This document shows positions 25,070 to 39,000 of a stretch of 64,000 bases of DNA, in pieces (position 1 is the first letter of the stretch; every line of letters starts with the position of its first letter). The notes beneath the pieces were generated by a model. That model was not told where the DNA came from, made no database searches, and saw only the letters and a list, made by a program, of their open reading frames with translations. A program made the position numbers and the translations under genes. This DNA comes from Orbicella franksi (Eukaryota): the NCBI GenBank assembly GCA_964199315.1, contig OZ116700.1:5952001-6016000 (forward strand), read 5' to 3'.

Positions 25070-26021
25070 TTTGAAAATACTGTGCATAAACTCGTGCCCA
25101 GGTCTTTTGAGTTCAGCATCTCCCTTTTCCCGCGTTCTTACAAATCGGGAATGGCGATGGGAAAAAAGCGGATAGATTTTCCAGGTTGCCTCTGTTTCAA
25201 AACGAGACCTTGTGCAAAACCTTTCATATGAAATTGAGTCTGATTTGCATGAAACCAAATGAATGGTTTCATGCGAAGACTCGTTTTGACACAGGGGCAA
25301 AATGGCCAATTCAATGTAAGGCAGTGGCTACTCTGGGGCTCGCTGTCTTTTTCAATGGATAACTAATGCGAGTTTGCGCGCGCGTCAGATATATGTTCAA
25401 ACTTTTTTTGACCCGTTATCAGCAAAACTACGTGTGGTGACCAAATTCAGGTTGTTCTGAAAAAACTATAATTGGAAAATTTTCACTTTCAATCGGTATT
25501 TCGATTTGATTCATTTTCGCAGTTGTCTTCGTACATTTGGCGTTCAGACGTCGCCTTGGTTACTTCTGTAGACCTCTGTAGAGTCGAGCAGGTCTAAGAT
25601 GACGTTAGAAGAGTTGTAGTGAGTATCCTGGATGGTGTTTCAATAGTCACTTCCACTAGGCACATGAAGAAACTTAATTCAATCGGTTACCTTTGAGCTC
25701 ATTACCTACTCTGAAAGGCGGTTCCCCTGGGGGCTTTTTCAAATAGCACGGGGGACCTAGCAAGAATGAAACATATTAGTTACAGTTGATGATTTATTTT
25801 AAAATGCCATCTCTAATTTCTTCCTGTTATTTTATTGGCTGATTGTGCTGTCGGATAATTTCACACTGAAAGAGAATCGACCAATAAGGAAACTAATGTT
25901 GACCTTGTGAAACCTTGAATTGCGCACTACGCGAAACGTAGCGGATTTCGCAAGAGGGGAATTTATATGTACATTCTCGATCACAGCACTTTCATCAGAT
26001 TCAACGAGTCTCAGTTTCACG

Positions 26022-29000
26022 ATGGGGTGCGCCGCCTCGACGGTCTCTCTCAAGAAGTCTAAGAGCGAGGCACCGATCGTAAATAAATTTCTGCACACAT
26101 CAAAACAGAAAGAACTCATTCGTCATTCGTGGAAATTGCTTCAAAAGAAACGGACTGAAATAGGAGTGAAGGTTTTCCTAATGTGAGTATGGTAATTGAA
26201 CTTAGTTTGTAACATGTAGCATCTTCGTACAATTTTTCAGTCGTTTTAATTTTGATTGTGGACTGCGCAAACGGTGAAGATTTCGGCGAGAAAGTTTGTT
26301 TTAAATTTAATTTAAACCTTACATTTCAACTTCAATTTTGTCCTTAACACAAAATTTGACGGCTTCCGTAATGTCTTAGGCCATAACGAATGAGAGGCCG
26401 AGCCTGAACATCACGAATTATAGCTAACTCGGTTAAGTCGTAACACATCCGGTGTGTACATTTTGTACTCGAGACCGTTAGCAATGCAGGCTCTCTATCG
26501 AAGCTTCCAGATTTCGTCAAAAAAATTTTTTTCTCAATATTTTTTCGCTGATTGTTCGGCATTATGTAGGTACAAAATTTGCTCAAAGTCGAGATACAAG
26601 CCATGTTCAATTTAGAAAATTTTCAACCAAAACAGAACACCGATTGAATTACTTATAGCTCGGTTGCACTATTATGGACAAAAAATAGTGTATATACATT
26701 GTACTATTTTCCCGATGCGATTTTGCTTAATAAATTGATTAGATTAATCAAATTTTCTAATAACTTTGCAAGTATTTTTTTAAACCTTTGAAAAGCTGCT
26801 GGTTTGATTTAACGGCAAATACTAACTGAAGTATACACAACATGTGTCTTATGAAAGAAAATGGAAAAACTATTATTTTATAAAAAATACGCCGGCAGTC
26901 ATGATTGAATGATGATTGTAAAAACAAAGTTTCGTTGATCACGTATACTTTTAAAAGCTTTTTTCAACAAATCTGTGAATAAGTGATAATTTCAATGTCT
27001 TGATCATGTCGTAAAATAAATAAGATTGTTACTAATTAGTATTTTGCAACAGTTTTTCACCCGCCACAGTACAAGCAACGTTACATTTGTATTGCCGACG
27101 ATAAAAGATTGCTCATTCAAATTGGATCATTACCCGAGATCAGAAGATCTTTTAAGCAAAATTAGTCTTTCGTTTTGTTCCGCTGCGGGTCGCTTATTTG
27201 CTCATTTACACAATTCAAGTTCGTTGAATGAATACTTAGGCGTGAAATTATTTTGAACAAGTCGAGACATTTAAATGAGCACACTTTCAGTAGTGCTGGC
27301 TGCCCTGATCGATCCCCAGGTCGTGACCGATAATAATGAACTAGTACGACAACTAACATCGTCTTCCTTGCTTGGGGGCGAAAGTAAACACGTTTTCCTT
27401 TTTCTGTATGCAGCTCAGGGTAAAGTCCAAATCGATTTACTTTTTAGTGCTAGTAAAACCGCGGGGGTTAAGATAAGCAAATTTGTGGGCCGTGCAATTC
27501 TGCACGTTTGTCCAATTCGCGACCGATTCAGAGCGCGGGTTTCTCTCATTCGGCGCTAAGTGAAAAACAGTTGACAGGTAGAATGAAATTATTTCGGTGA
27601 AAACAGATCATTTTGTGCTTTCTGATTGGAATATTAATAGAAATGTAATTCTGAATCAAATTAGTGTCACATTTGACAAGAGCTTCTTAGGTAGGTACTA
27701 AAAATCCCCTGAACTCATTATGTCGAAATTACTTCGCGTGCGAATCTCGGCTTTTAAAATTACTTAACTTTGTTTCTTCACCGTTTAATATCGTGATAGT
27801 TCTATAAAAGCCTTACTTATGCGATTTCACTCGGATGAGATGTCAAAAGTTAAAACCCACTTATTTCCGCATTCAGTCATAGAAAGCGCACAGATTTTGA
27901 TCTTTTTTTGCCTTGTGGGTATGTCTAAATTGCTTGTATTTTCTTCAAAATATTTCCTGCCCTTTCTTTGTTCCAAGGTTCGTAAGGTGGGAGACTTAGT
28001 TGGACTATGTTAAGGCTAACAATTTATGTATTAGATAAAGGTCTTGTGTGAATGATTTTCATGATTTCGCTAATTTTATAAGCATAAACTAACTTGTCAT
28101 TTTCGAAAAAAAAATTATCGGTTTTGTCATTACTAGTTTTCTATTAACAATCTGATTTGGCACATCTCGCAGTTTTTGTCAAATATACTGGCAAAACTCG
28201 CAAACTTTCTTGCCTTTGATTTAAGTTAAATTAATATTAAATTGACTATCCTGTGGTTGTGTCGACGCTCCTAGTCCCTGTCCACACTATGCCAGAGATT
28301 TCACTCCGAAAACGTGTCAAATGTTTTCCGTCCACACCACGCTCACCGGTCATTTTGGATTCGTGTTTGAGGAAAACTCAGAAAGGGAAATCACGTGATT
28401 ATCATGACGTCATCGTTTTCGAAAAGCTCCGTTTTCAAAATGTTTCCCGTCCACAATAAAACGCAAAGCCGGCATTTTCAAACTGCGCCGTTTTCGTGAC
28501 GGATTAGCGCGGACGGTAGGTCTAACCATAGAAATAAAGCTGTGTTTTCAAATTTATCCGGCGTAGTGTGGACGCTGCCTAAATTTACAACGTACGTAAG
28601 CATATTTCATTCACCAATCAAACAGCTCGTTCTTGACGATTGAAAATTCAAATTACGGGTATTTTTTGTATTAACCTTCCTGAAATAAAATTTGCCGTAT
28701 CTGATGATATGTTCACTTCTTAGGCTTTTCGAAAAAGATCCGGGGTTACAAAACATGTTCGCAGAGTTCAGAGAAGTGAAATTAGAGGAATTAGCACGAA
28801 CAAGGGAACTTCACGGGCACACTGAGCGAGTGATGCGAGCTGTGGAGAACTGCGTGAACGCAATGGACGATCCAGACTCCCTGAGGGCTTACCTGACGGA
28901 ACTGGGAAGGAGGCACGTGTATCGATCAGCAAAGCCTTCTGTTGGAAACGTAAGTACTACATGAATTGTTTCTCTCAACCTCGTTCCCAGGGTCCTCTCT

Positions 29001-29752
29001 CTTCGAGGTAGAGAGAGGACCCTGGGAACTAGGTTGCGTTTGTCTGGTCTTCAATGCCAATTCAGTTGTGACGTCCTTTGGTAGGGGCGTAGTGTAAGAG
29101 TTGAGGAGTGTGTGTAGTGACGGGGAGGGGGGAAGGAGGGGGATGGGAATTTAATGGATATGGCGTGTCCCGAAACAAACCGACCGTGCGACTTGAGAAT
29201 GGGTGATCTCTTGGTCCTACTTAGGCGGTGGAGAGGCAAATATTGAGTGAATACAAGGAGTGGACCCTGGCCGGGATCGGAGCTGATCTGTACCCATCAA
29301 AGTCCATCCACAAAGTTAACAGACAGTCTACCGCACCAATCAAATTTAGAAGCAAATTACAGTCCGGGAAAAGCGCGGGAAAACGTGTGCGAGCGAGTTA
29401 CAACTGATTTTGGTTTTACTTCTGTTTGGCTGAGAAAGTCGCGAGGTTTTTAACCAAACATTGGGTTAAGTAGTGTAGAACAAAAAACGAATGTAAATTA
29501 GACACCCAAGTGAAAGTCGCTCTAACTGCCAAAGTGCAACTCTTGTATTACATTTCACTCGGAGAGAAATGAGGTAAAGTATTTTATTATCTTTTTCTTC
29601 AACAGTTACACCTTCTTTCCAGGGCATTGATATCAACGTTTCAAGAGACTATTCCCAACGACTGGGTTCCTGAAGTAGCTGCGGCCTGGGAAGTACTGTT
29701 AAACTACTTCACCATCATGCTGAAGGAGGGAATACGCTCCTCTGTTCAATGA
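26022..29752 (+). CDS. Globin with N-terminal acylation signal (globin X / neuroglobin-like), 177 aa
   Basis: Exons 26022-26182, 28724-28949 and 29606-29752. Introns sit at the classic globin positions B12.2 and G7.0. CD1 Phe (QNMF), distal His (LHGHTERVM), proximal His (LGRRHV), A-helix SW and H-helix AAW; N-terminus MGCAAS. Confidence 0.93.
28272..28580. mobile_element. GTCCACACT-type MITE (globin intron 1); related pieces at about 30640-30800 and 31010-31130
   Basis: Inverted GTCCACACTATGCC / GGCGTAGTGTGGAC termini and TTTTCAAA/GAAAACG subrepeats. Confidence 0.6.
28976..29036. mobile_element. 61-bp CAACCTCGTTCCCAGG micro-MITE
   Basis: Almost fully palindromic; degenerate 9-bp TSD TGTTTCTCT/CGTTTGTCT; lies 26 bp downstream of the globin exon 2 donor. 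Confidence 0.75.
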
Positions 29753-30806
29753 CGAGAAAACGTGCTTCATAAAAGAGATGTGTTTCAAGATTTGAATCAA
29801 GGAATTGCATGAGATTTCGATAAAAAGATCGTATTTGGATTATTTTTGCTACTTTTTGTCGCTGAATTCTGTACAATTTGTAATAGCTCAGGTGGCTCAA
29901 AACAATTTCCAACACTTAGATTTTGATGGGTCATTATGACCACTCTTTATCACTTGATGCTACAATCATGGTATCAAAAAACTGCCCAATCATTGGTGAA
30001 CACGTTGTTATCATTTTCGTGACACAATAGGTTACCATAGCAACAGTATGACCTCCTAAAAACACCTTTGATTACAGCTTTAGGGACTTATAATTCAAAA
30101 ACGGCACGGTGAATTTTTTTTTATATTATCAACTTTGATAAGTATGATAAGATGCAACTATTGGCAAAGTTCAAAAAAATTTTATAGTTAGGGTTCAGAA
30201 CCACCTTAAATTTTCGAAAATTTTTGCTGGAAACTGTTTTGAGCCACAAATAAAACTTTGTAAAAAAGAAGGAAAAAAGCCAACTTTGAAGAATAATTTC
30301 TTCGTTCTAAATCAAAGAAACACAAGTGAAAGTTTAAGAGAACGAGAAATGCTTTGGAAATGCACCCCACACCCCCCATTTTAACGATTCCACAGCTATT
30401 TCGAATTCTACCTTCCAAAGTTTCACGACTGTTTAATCGACACATGTAGAAAATATCTTTAATTCACACAAGAAAAAACCCTAGAGAGCCTTTTCGTGTT
30501 TTCTATTGAATTTATCTTAGCACACTTCTTCAGTCAATCAGGGCTTGTTTTCTCTAGGCTTGTTAGGAACACAACTGAGGCCAAGGCCTTACTAATGTGT
30601 TTTCAGAAGTCTCCATTTTCATGTCAAAGAAAACGAAGCAAACGACTTTCATCCACACTAGCGTTTTCGTGTTGTTTTGTCCTGTCCACACTATTGCGTT
30701 TTCATACGGAAGCGCATACTTTTTTATGCATTTTCGTCTAAAACGCCCGAAAACGCTGATGGAAGCAGTATATCACGTTTTTTTCGTCACCGCTTTCTAA
30801 ATTAAG

Positions 30807-31002
30807 TATACTGCGAGCAGTCTCTCTTTTCCTCGAAAACTGTGGGGAAGAGCGCAAAGCGAACGTGACTGTGAGTGTGACCTGCGGCATCGCCGCAAGC
30901 ATGTCACGCTAACAATCACGCTAACAATCACGCTCGCACGCTTACTTGTTTTGCGTTCTTCCCCACGGATTTTCGAGGAAAAGAGAGACTGCTCGCAGTC
31001 TA
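30807..31002. mobile_element. TAGACTGCGAGCAGTCT-family MITE with perfect 9-bp TSD
   Basis: About 33-bp TIRs; TAAATTAAG at 30798-30806 and 31003-31011. Confidence 0.85.
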
Positions 31003-31504
31003 TAAATTAAGCCTCCGTTTTCACCTGTCTACACTAGAAACGGAGCATTTTCAAAACGATGCGTTTTCAAATGACATCACTTTCGAAACCGATTTCGAGT
31101 CTCCATTTTCATCAACGCTTTCGAATCAATTGTACTTTCTCGAAAATACAAGTGACAAGTAGGATATTCCATGGAACAGGGAAGTGTTGCATAACTATAT
31201 TATACCGCGCAATGGAAAATACAAACACGGTCATTACAGGGCACGATGGGAAGGTTGAGTGTATAACGGCTTTCCCGTATTCTGATTGGCTGTATCTATG
31301 CTATGGTTTAAATAATATGCAGCTGCACACTCCAGAAAATTGGTTAACGAACGATTTAATTTAATGATTTTAATACAGACATCTACTTAGGAGTAAAACG
31401 TTTTTAATTTTGCGAAATAGTCTCCGTTGTTCGTTGAGTTCGCGACACAGGTCAAGCGACGTTTTTCATCCCAAAAATGGCTGTAAGGGTGACAAACAAG
31501 ACAA

Positions 31505-31714
31505 TAGACTGTTTACAACCCTCTATTTTCTAGTGTTTTCATTCGATCGCTGAACACGCGGATGGAATCGCGAGAGAACGGGACGCTAGCGCAAAACGGG
31601 AGACTTGGCGGGAAAGGAGGTGGAAAATGCAAATAATAGCTTCGCTCGCCTCCCCGCCCCCACCCCTCTTGTGCTTCGCGTGCGTTAAAAAATAAAGAGA
31701 CTGTGAACAGTCTA
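31505..31714. mobile_element. TAGACTGTT-family MITE with 9-bp TSD
   Basis: TAGACTGTTTACA / TGTGAACAGTCTA termini; TSD ACAAGACAA/ACAAGATAA (8/9). Confidence 0.75.
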
Positions 31715-33004
31715 ACAAGATAATACTAACACTACCCTCCCAGGTCACAACTAGATTCCTTAAACCCGTTTCCACATGATCGCCACACACACGTCAGGTT
31801 GTATATTATTTGGTGCACGTTTTCAAAACAGAGAGAAAGTTTATAACTTTGAGGAAATGTGATGAGCTTACTTCACGCTAAACGACCAACATCCAAGAAC
31901 TGCACTGAATGTCAGCGGTCACATGTAAACCATACCAGTGCTTAGACAAAGATCCGTCACATGGTAGGTTTATATGTAGCGCGTGATCTATTACTTTGTC
32001 CAACGAACATGTGATGTGAACATGTGATGTTCAGCTGGAACAGCTCATATTGAGTAGGGTCAAGGACATGTACGTTATCCCAATATGTTTTCTTAGCTAT
32101 TTTGTTTTTTACTTTTTTTTACTTTGCACACGAATTCCGTTCAAACATTGTATTCTATTTGCTGTTTGCCTAAAGTACAGTAGCAAGAGGGCGGTGTAAA
32201 TTGGTCATTTTTGAGTCTTCAATAGCCAATGACATTTTCCTTGTTATTACGACTTAGATTCCAATGGTTCAGTCAAACTGCCTACGGGCTTCTGACGTCT
32301 AATACAAACTACACGTATTTAAAGAGATTTACCAATGGAATAAAATATAATAAAATATTCACTCTCTTTCAAAATCGATACTCTCTTCAGAATAAATACT
32401 ACTTTACCACCCATTGTCTGGGGACACTTGAGTAAGAAAGGGTCCAAACCTTCAGAGCATTGAGTTGAGCACTTCTACAGATAAGTTGGGGGGGGGGGGG
32501 GGGGCGGTGCCGCCATACGGAGAATATACCACAATCTGATATGTCAAGTTACAACACAAGAAATACCGTAGGGTAAATTTATGGCCATTAAATGTGCCCT
32601 ACTGTATTTCCGAAGTTAATTGTTCTAGCTTTGCAGATTTTGACTGGAATAACAACAGCGTTTTAGTACACCGTGTATCGCGTGGCTCTCTGCACTTAAG
32701 CGTTTCAACAGAGCGAACATCTTGGCGTTTTTAAACTGGAATTACTATATCAGTATTCTCTGACAGAGAAGTACATAACCAAACACAACAATTTACCGAT
32801 TAGGGGTACAAATCGTCAAACTAACAAATCAGCTCTGAAGAAAGTCCTCAAAAATCGTAGCTAGATGAAAAGGTCAGGCTTCTGTGAATAGTTCAGTACA
32901 CACCCCTCTTGAAGTCCCTACCCCAAATTTTCAGGAAGCATTCTCTCACGAGCGGGGTCTACAAACTCCAGAGGGAAGCAGCAAATTGATTTAGTTATTT
33001 GTCT

Positions 33005-36000
33005 TTAGTCGCTATATTCTTCTTCTTCACTCTCTCCACTCTCCTCTATGTCATCTTTATCCTCGTCATCCGAATCAAAGTCCCATTGTTTCGTCTTGAC
33101 CTCTTTTGCTTCCTCTACGTTGATCTGAAAACGTTTGCGGAGTGCCTTTAGTATATTTCATCAGGGTTAAAGATGGTGCAAAAAAGAAAATCAAATAGGT
33201 CAATAGAGATCAGCTTCACTAACTCTACAGTGGTTTTCCCTTAATTTTGTTGGTTTTTGTGTATTTCTAAGAGTTAGGCCGAGGAAATAAACGCGAACCT
33301 CAGTAGACGAAGCCAGCCACTTAACACATTTTGCTTAGTTGTAAGATTGAAAATTTCCTCTAAATTAAAACTCTAAAACGCTCACACAAAATTTTAACCA
33401 AAAACAGATAAGGTCTTTGTACTGATATCGAAGGATAATGGTAGTTCTATTCAAATTTCCCAATTCGATGTAACCAAAGTGATGGGCCCCGGCCACAAGG
33501 TAGAAAAGCGGCTATGTTGGATGCCGAACTTCATCACTGGGACATCGAAAACAAAGAAGAGTCGAGCTTGACTGGTTGAAGTCGCTTTGCATTCTTTTGC
33601 CATCCACCATGGTAGATTCACCATGTGACCAGTTCATGCAAAGGGTCCATTTGGGTCCTCTCAACTGGTACCTAGCTGTACAATTAGGTGTTGGTAGTGC
33701 TACAACTCCCCCCGGATTGAACTGGATAGACGAATGTCCCAGCTCAAAGTCCCAAACCAGTTAACAAGCAGAGTACACAAAAAAAATTACTCACGTTGAA
33801 ATTCTGATGAACATCGAAGTCTAAGTAAGAGTCGGATCGTAACGTGACAGTGTAATGATACGTTTTGGCTTTGTGAGGAGCTTGAAATCTCAGATCCACC
33901 TAGAAAGAGTGAAGACAGCAACCTGTTTAGTCTTCTTATGCTTCTTCACGCAGTCCAGAATTGTTTGACAAGCCCAAACGACGACTGCGTACGACACTAA
34001 GATAGTACATATCACCTAAATCACGTACAAGTAAACAAGCTCTCCTGTTTGAAAGCTCAGTATTACACAAAAGAGCTTTGCATTACCCTGTGGACAGTTC
34101 ACAATGTTCTATAAGCTGCGACAGCTTGGCAAAGTCACCAGAAAACGCCTCTCCTAGACAGGTCAGGGAATTTTGTTCTCAACAATCCAAAGTAAAGTTA
34201 TTCGCCTTATGTAGCCTGAAATGTCAATTGTGATGTCACTCAAACAATAACACTGGTTTGAAGGATGAAGAGACGCTGATATTTCAGGCTACGTCTCTGT
34301 TGAGATGTCGTTTAGACACCTAATCTACCTCTTTCGTATGACGAGAGTAAAGATTGCGTGACAGGTCACACTCTACCTTTTCTTCCTCTTTTAGGTTAAA
34401 TATCTGTTGAGGTGGTGTTATGAGCTCTATTTTCCTGCGATCCGTGACATATATCCACCACCACTCTTGCTTTTCCTGTAGAAATAGCAACAAAAAAAGA
34501 AGTGAAAAAAGTTGAACTAGCCTCACTTCGAAAGGACAACAATATTCCAATCGGTTCGTACCTCTGGGAAATAAGGTGCATGGACAATATGACTTTCTTT
34601 CGACTTCGGATCCAAGATAGGATCACGGCCCTTGACGTCGGCTTGCAGTCGGTCCCACTCGGCCTCGTCTTCGGATTCCCGAGCGCTAGCGTCTTCTTGG
34701 GGAGCGTCACTGTCCTCATCTTCACCGAGGCTAAAGCACAAAGGCATTAGAAAGGTATTCAAAAAACTGTTGCATGAATTAAGGGTGAAAACTTCTCTTG
34801 TAAGGGAGGAGAGATTTGTTGGGTTGGTCTGACTGACATGGTAGATAGTTAGAGCAAGAAAATACAGGTGGCACGTGGGATATTCCATGATATACCACTC
34901 GAAAACGTTGCATAACTAGTACTTATCGCCTGCAGTCTGGCTCCAAATTACTTCAATGTCAGCGAAGTCATAATAGGAAACATAATCTGACGTTGTGTCG
35001 GCGTAGTAATCTAAGAATATTCACAACAATATTTTCAGCCTAAAATGGGCAGAAACATATATTCAGTCTGGGCCGGAAAAACAATATTCTTATATAAAAA
35101 AAAGAGTGTAAATGTAGAAGGACCAACTGAAATAATACCTGCTACTATCCAGATCAGACTCGTCTTCATAAGGTTTTCTTTTCGGTTTCTTGATCTCTTC
35201 AATCTTGTCGTTTGTTTCTTCTTCTTCAGCACCGTCTTCATCATCTTCATCCTCGTCTGCTTCTTCCTTCTCCATCTCCACATCTTCATCATCATCTTCC
35301 TCTTTGTCTTCATCTTCTTCCCGCTTGGTCGCCTTGTTTTTGGTCTTCTTTCCACTTGGCTCCTCTTTTTCTTCGTTGGTTTTCTGAGAAAGTGATGAAA
35401 TACGAACATTCGAAATCATTCAGATTTTCAACCTCGTTCCCAGTGCCTCTCATCTTCCCGCTGCGGTAGGGCGGGAAGATGAGAAACCTGGGAACGAGGT
35501 TGTCAGATTTTATGTACACTTATTGAAAAGCACAGGCACAACGTTTGTTTCCACATGTTACCGAATGTTTTGGATTCCAACTTAAGCAGCCCAGCCCTTC
35601 CTTGCAACCATTACTTCGCTTTTCATGCTACGCTTCTATGCAATATTGGTATGAATCTACTAGCGTTCTGTCACAAATGCCGTTCTCTGATTGGCTACGC
35701 TACTCACTATCTATTCTGTGCTAGATGGTGAGTAGCGTAGCAGTGTGCCCTTGTTAACAAAATGACAGCAGCTTCTTGGCGTTTTCGAAGTGTCTATGAA
35801 GAGGATTTAGATAAAGTTTTGAACTACTAGTAGATTTATACTAAAACAATTAGATTATTCGCTCTCGATTTCTATCGCGCGATAGCTGACTCGGGTTGCA
35901 CCCTCGTCAACTATCACGCGATAGAAATCTCGAGCTCATAATCTAATTGTTTATTAGCAGCGTTGTTTGACACTGGCTGTCAGGGAGACAAGTGAACAGC

Positions 36001-39000
36001 TGACTGAACAATAAAATCGTAGTTTTATCACAATATCCTCACCTCTTTCTCCTCTTGTGACGTTTTCTTCTTAGGCTGTTGTTTCACGGGTTTTTTCTTG
36101 GGCTGTTGTTTTTGTGGCTTGGCTTTTTTGCCTTTCTTTTTGTTTTTCTGCCAAACCTTCTGTCCACCTGCCTGGGGTGATCCCTGCAGTAATTTTAAAA
36201 TCATTGCAATTTTTATCATGATTTCATTGCAATTTTAGATAATAAACACTTAAAATTCCTACTGGGAAGTGACAAGAAAATTTCTGTCATATTGCATACA
36301 ATGCATACAAAGGACTACAAATGCAAAAATTTAAAAACAATTATTATTAACAGAGGATTACTAATAGTAAATAGTAGTAATCTACCTTCGGTTCCACTGT
36401 ATCATTTGGGTGAACACTCTCAAGGGGCGGCAGATCATCTAAATCATCCTCCTCAAAGAATTCCTACAAGAATAAATCATATGATGAAATGTTGAGGGGC
36501 ACAACATTAGCTGAAAGCAGCACAATAAACCATCTGGACCTTTCATGGTCCATGGTTTCCTCTATTTCAGGGCTGTGATTACATTCTGTAACCTGTAAAA
36601 CCTGTTATGGCTGAGTCTGCTTGATTGGCCCTTGATGCTATGGGTGAAATTGCTTGTTGTTGATAGAATTTACCCACAAAGTAACAAGTTTGTTATGGTT
36701 GTGAAGAATAAACTTACAGGCGACTCAAAACTTAATCACGCCCTGTATTTCTCAAACAAAATGAAAAGAAATCTTTAAAAGAATACTCAACCAAACTTAG
36801 GAAACGTGGCAGATTTTGCTTGTGAAAACTAGCTTCCACTTAGTGGCATAAAATGTCATTCGTCTTCTACCCTCACCCCAAATCCAACTTAAGGCTACAG
36901 TAATGCCAGTATCAAGCTACCTGGCCTGACAGATACCATTTGATAAAAAAAATTTTAAGTCTCCCAACCAAAAAATAGACAACAGCAGGCTTCAATATGC
37001 ACGTACCACAATAACACTACTACAGTTTTAAACCAAAAGGAGCTCACCCCAAGGTTTCGTCTTTTTACTGTAACTGACACAGTCACTATTGAACCAGTTG
37101 TAATAAGACCTGCATCGTCTTCATCATCAAGGACTGTGAAAAAAAAAAAACATCTTGAACTTCAACTACATACTGTAAATCATGAGACTTAACAGCAATC
37201 TATTAACTACTAAAACATACTAAAACAAAACTGTCCCAACGGTACTGTTGCTATCTAAATTGATACTAATTCCTAATCTTTCTGCTTCAACTTGAAATCT
37301 AGGCCAAAAAAATACATCTGACTGTTCCATATGGACTCTTTATAATATATAAAATTCTTGAAATCTAAATGATAATAACAAGAGATGCGTGGCAATGCAT
37401 TGCACAATTTAGCAGCATTAGCGTTAGCTAATATACTCACCATGTGGTTTAACTACCATATCAATGACAGGAAACATGGAGCAAACATTGATCACGTCTT
37501 CATACTGTTCGCCAGTCAGGTTCCTTAAAAGGGATCTGAAATACAGTAAAACCTCGTTAATATGGTCACCAATGGACCTTGAAAATTAATGGGGTAGGGT
37601 CAAATTTCATGACTAGTCTACATTGAGCGAAGTCTTAACAGACATATCACAATTGCACTTTTAAACAACTGTCCTTTAATAAGCATCCAGAAAACAGATA
37701 TAATTTTGAAAAAATTGAAACTTCAATCAGTACATATGATAATTTATTAACAATGGAAAGATAAACATAACCAAAAAGCATCACTTAACCAAAAAGCAGC
37801 TTGCTGTTGATAAACATCAGCTACGCGCCCTAGCCTTTTAAAAACGTTTCTTAGAAAAGAGCTCCGCATAATTTATGGATCATTAATGTGCCAAAAGCCA
37901 TGACAAGAAAATATACCATTGATATAGGCAAGGTACACAAGAATAACAGGAATTCCACTATTGTGATAATTGTTTGTAACAGGTACATTTGTGTAACTAA
38001 CCTCCTGTCTTCATCTTTCATGGATGCCAGCTGTCTAATGGAACGAACACTCCTCTGTGTGCAAAGCGTAAAGAAATAACGTCATGATCAACTTGCAAAG
38101 ATTGACATACATGTAGACTACCTTAAAGGAGTAAAATAGGCTGGAGTAATCCATAATTAATAACACCTGGAGGCAAACTTGTGTAAGAGGCCACCGGCAG
38201 GCCATAAAATGGTTTGTGTAAGACATTGTTATGTTATTTACAGTCAAAAGGTATGTAATTAGTACAAATGGCTTCATCTGTATGATTGTACAGCTCCAGA
38301 ACCACACAATAATAATTATTAGTCTTTGATGCCAGACAACAAGACAGTCACAGAATTTCAATATGAAAGCTCTGTACTTAATAATTTCATGATAGACTAC
38401 TGACTTGGAAATGATCGTTACTATACCTTTTTAGTGTTGAAATGTCGTAAATTCTCCTGATTAAGATGTGGTAGTTGTAACAAGGGAGACTTATTGTCCC
38501 AGAGTCCCTGTATCACCATTTGACTTACACGTATACAGTTCTCAAGTGTCTCAAGTCGTGGCATGTTTTGGGCTATAGAGACAACAAGTAAACAAACAGG
38601 TAACCATGGTTATATGATCACAATTTTATCAGTAAATCGATCACTTTAAAAATGTTACGCAGTAATGCCATATTGGGAATTCACTAGCATCCAAGTGAAT
38701 TTGTACAAGTAGTTTATCCATTTTATGTATTAGGGATTATGCTGTACAACTGTACATCTGTACATGTACAACACAAAACACAACTTGTATAAGGTGCACC
38801 TTCCATGAAGAAGTTATTTACATGCATATCTTGGGAGGTCTATAAGCTAAGAATGGAGGCTAAAAAAGAGAGAATTTGATAAGCAAACTTCAAAATTAAT
38901 GGAAGTTTCCACTTACTTCGTCCAGCTTTAGCCATAGCTATAAGCTGTCCTACACAATTGACCATTTCTTGGATGAGGAATGGACTCTTCTGCAGCACTA

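Noticed and set aside
24917-25309. 130-aa ORF extending upstream of the PYCR start
   Set aside because: The extension translates a MITE in the promoter (about 25170-25310); the ATG at 25069 has YY1/Kozak context and matches the family start.
33420-33764. GC-richer, coding-looking stretch in the last SEC63 intron
   Set aside because: All frames are short or unrecognisable, and there is no convincing splice pair.
33923-34015. AG..GT-bounded 93-bp segment encoding a hydrophobic stretch plus KKHKKTKQ in SEC63 intron 20
   Set aside because: It would leave a 23-nt intron before exon 21 and the donor is weak (GTTGCT); read-through hits a stop. No support without RNA data.
35035-35469. Several overlapping ORFs rich in S/F/L or K/M
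   Set aside because: Shadow frames of the acidic SEC63 exon 18.
36481-36515. ATGATGA...CTGA C/D-box-like pair
   Set aside because: Antisense to the host SEC63, too short, and has no terminal stem; not a credible snoRNA. A similar ATGATGA at 51881 lacks a D box.
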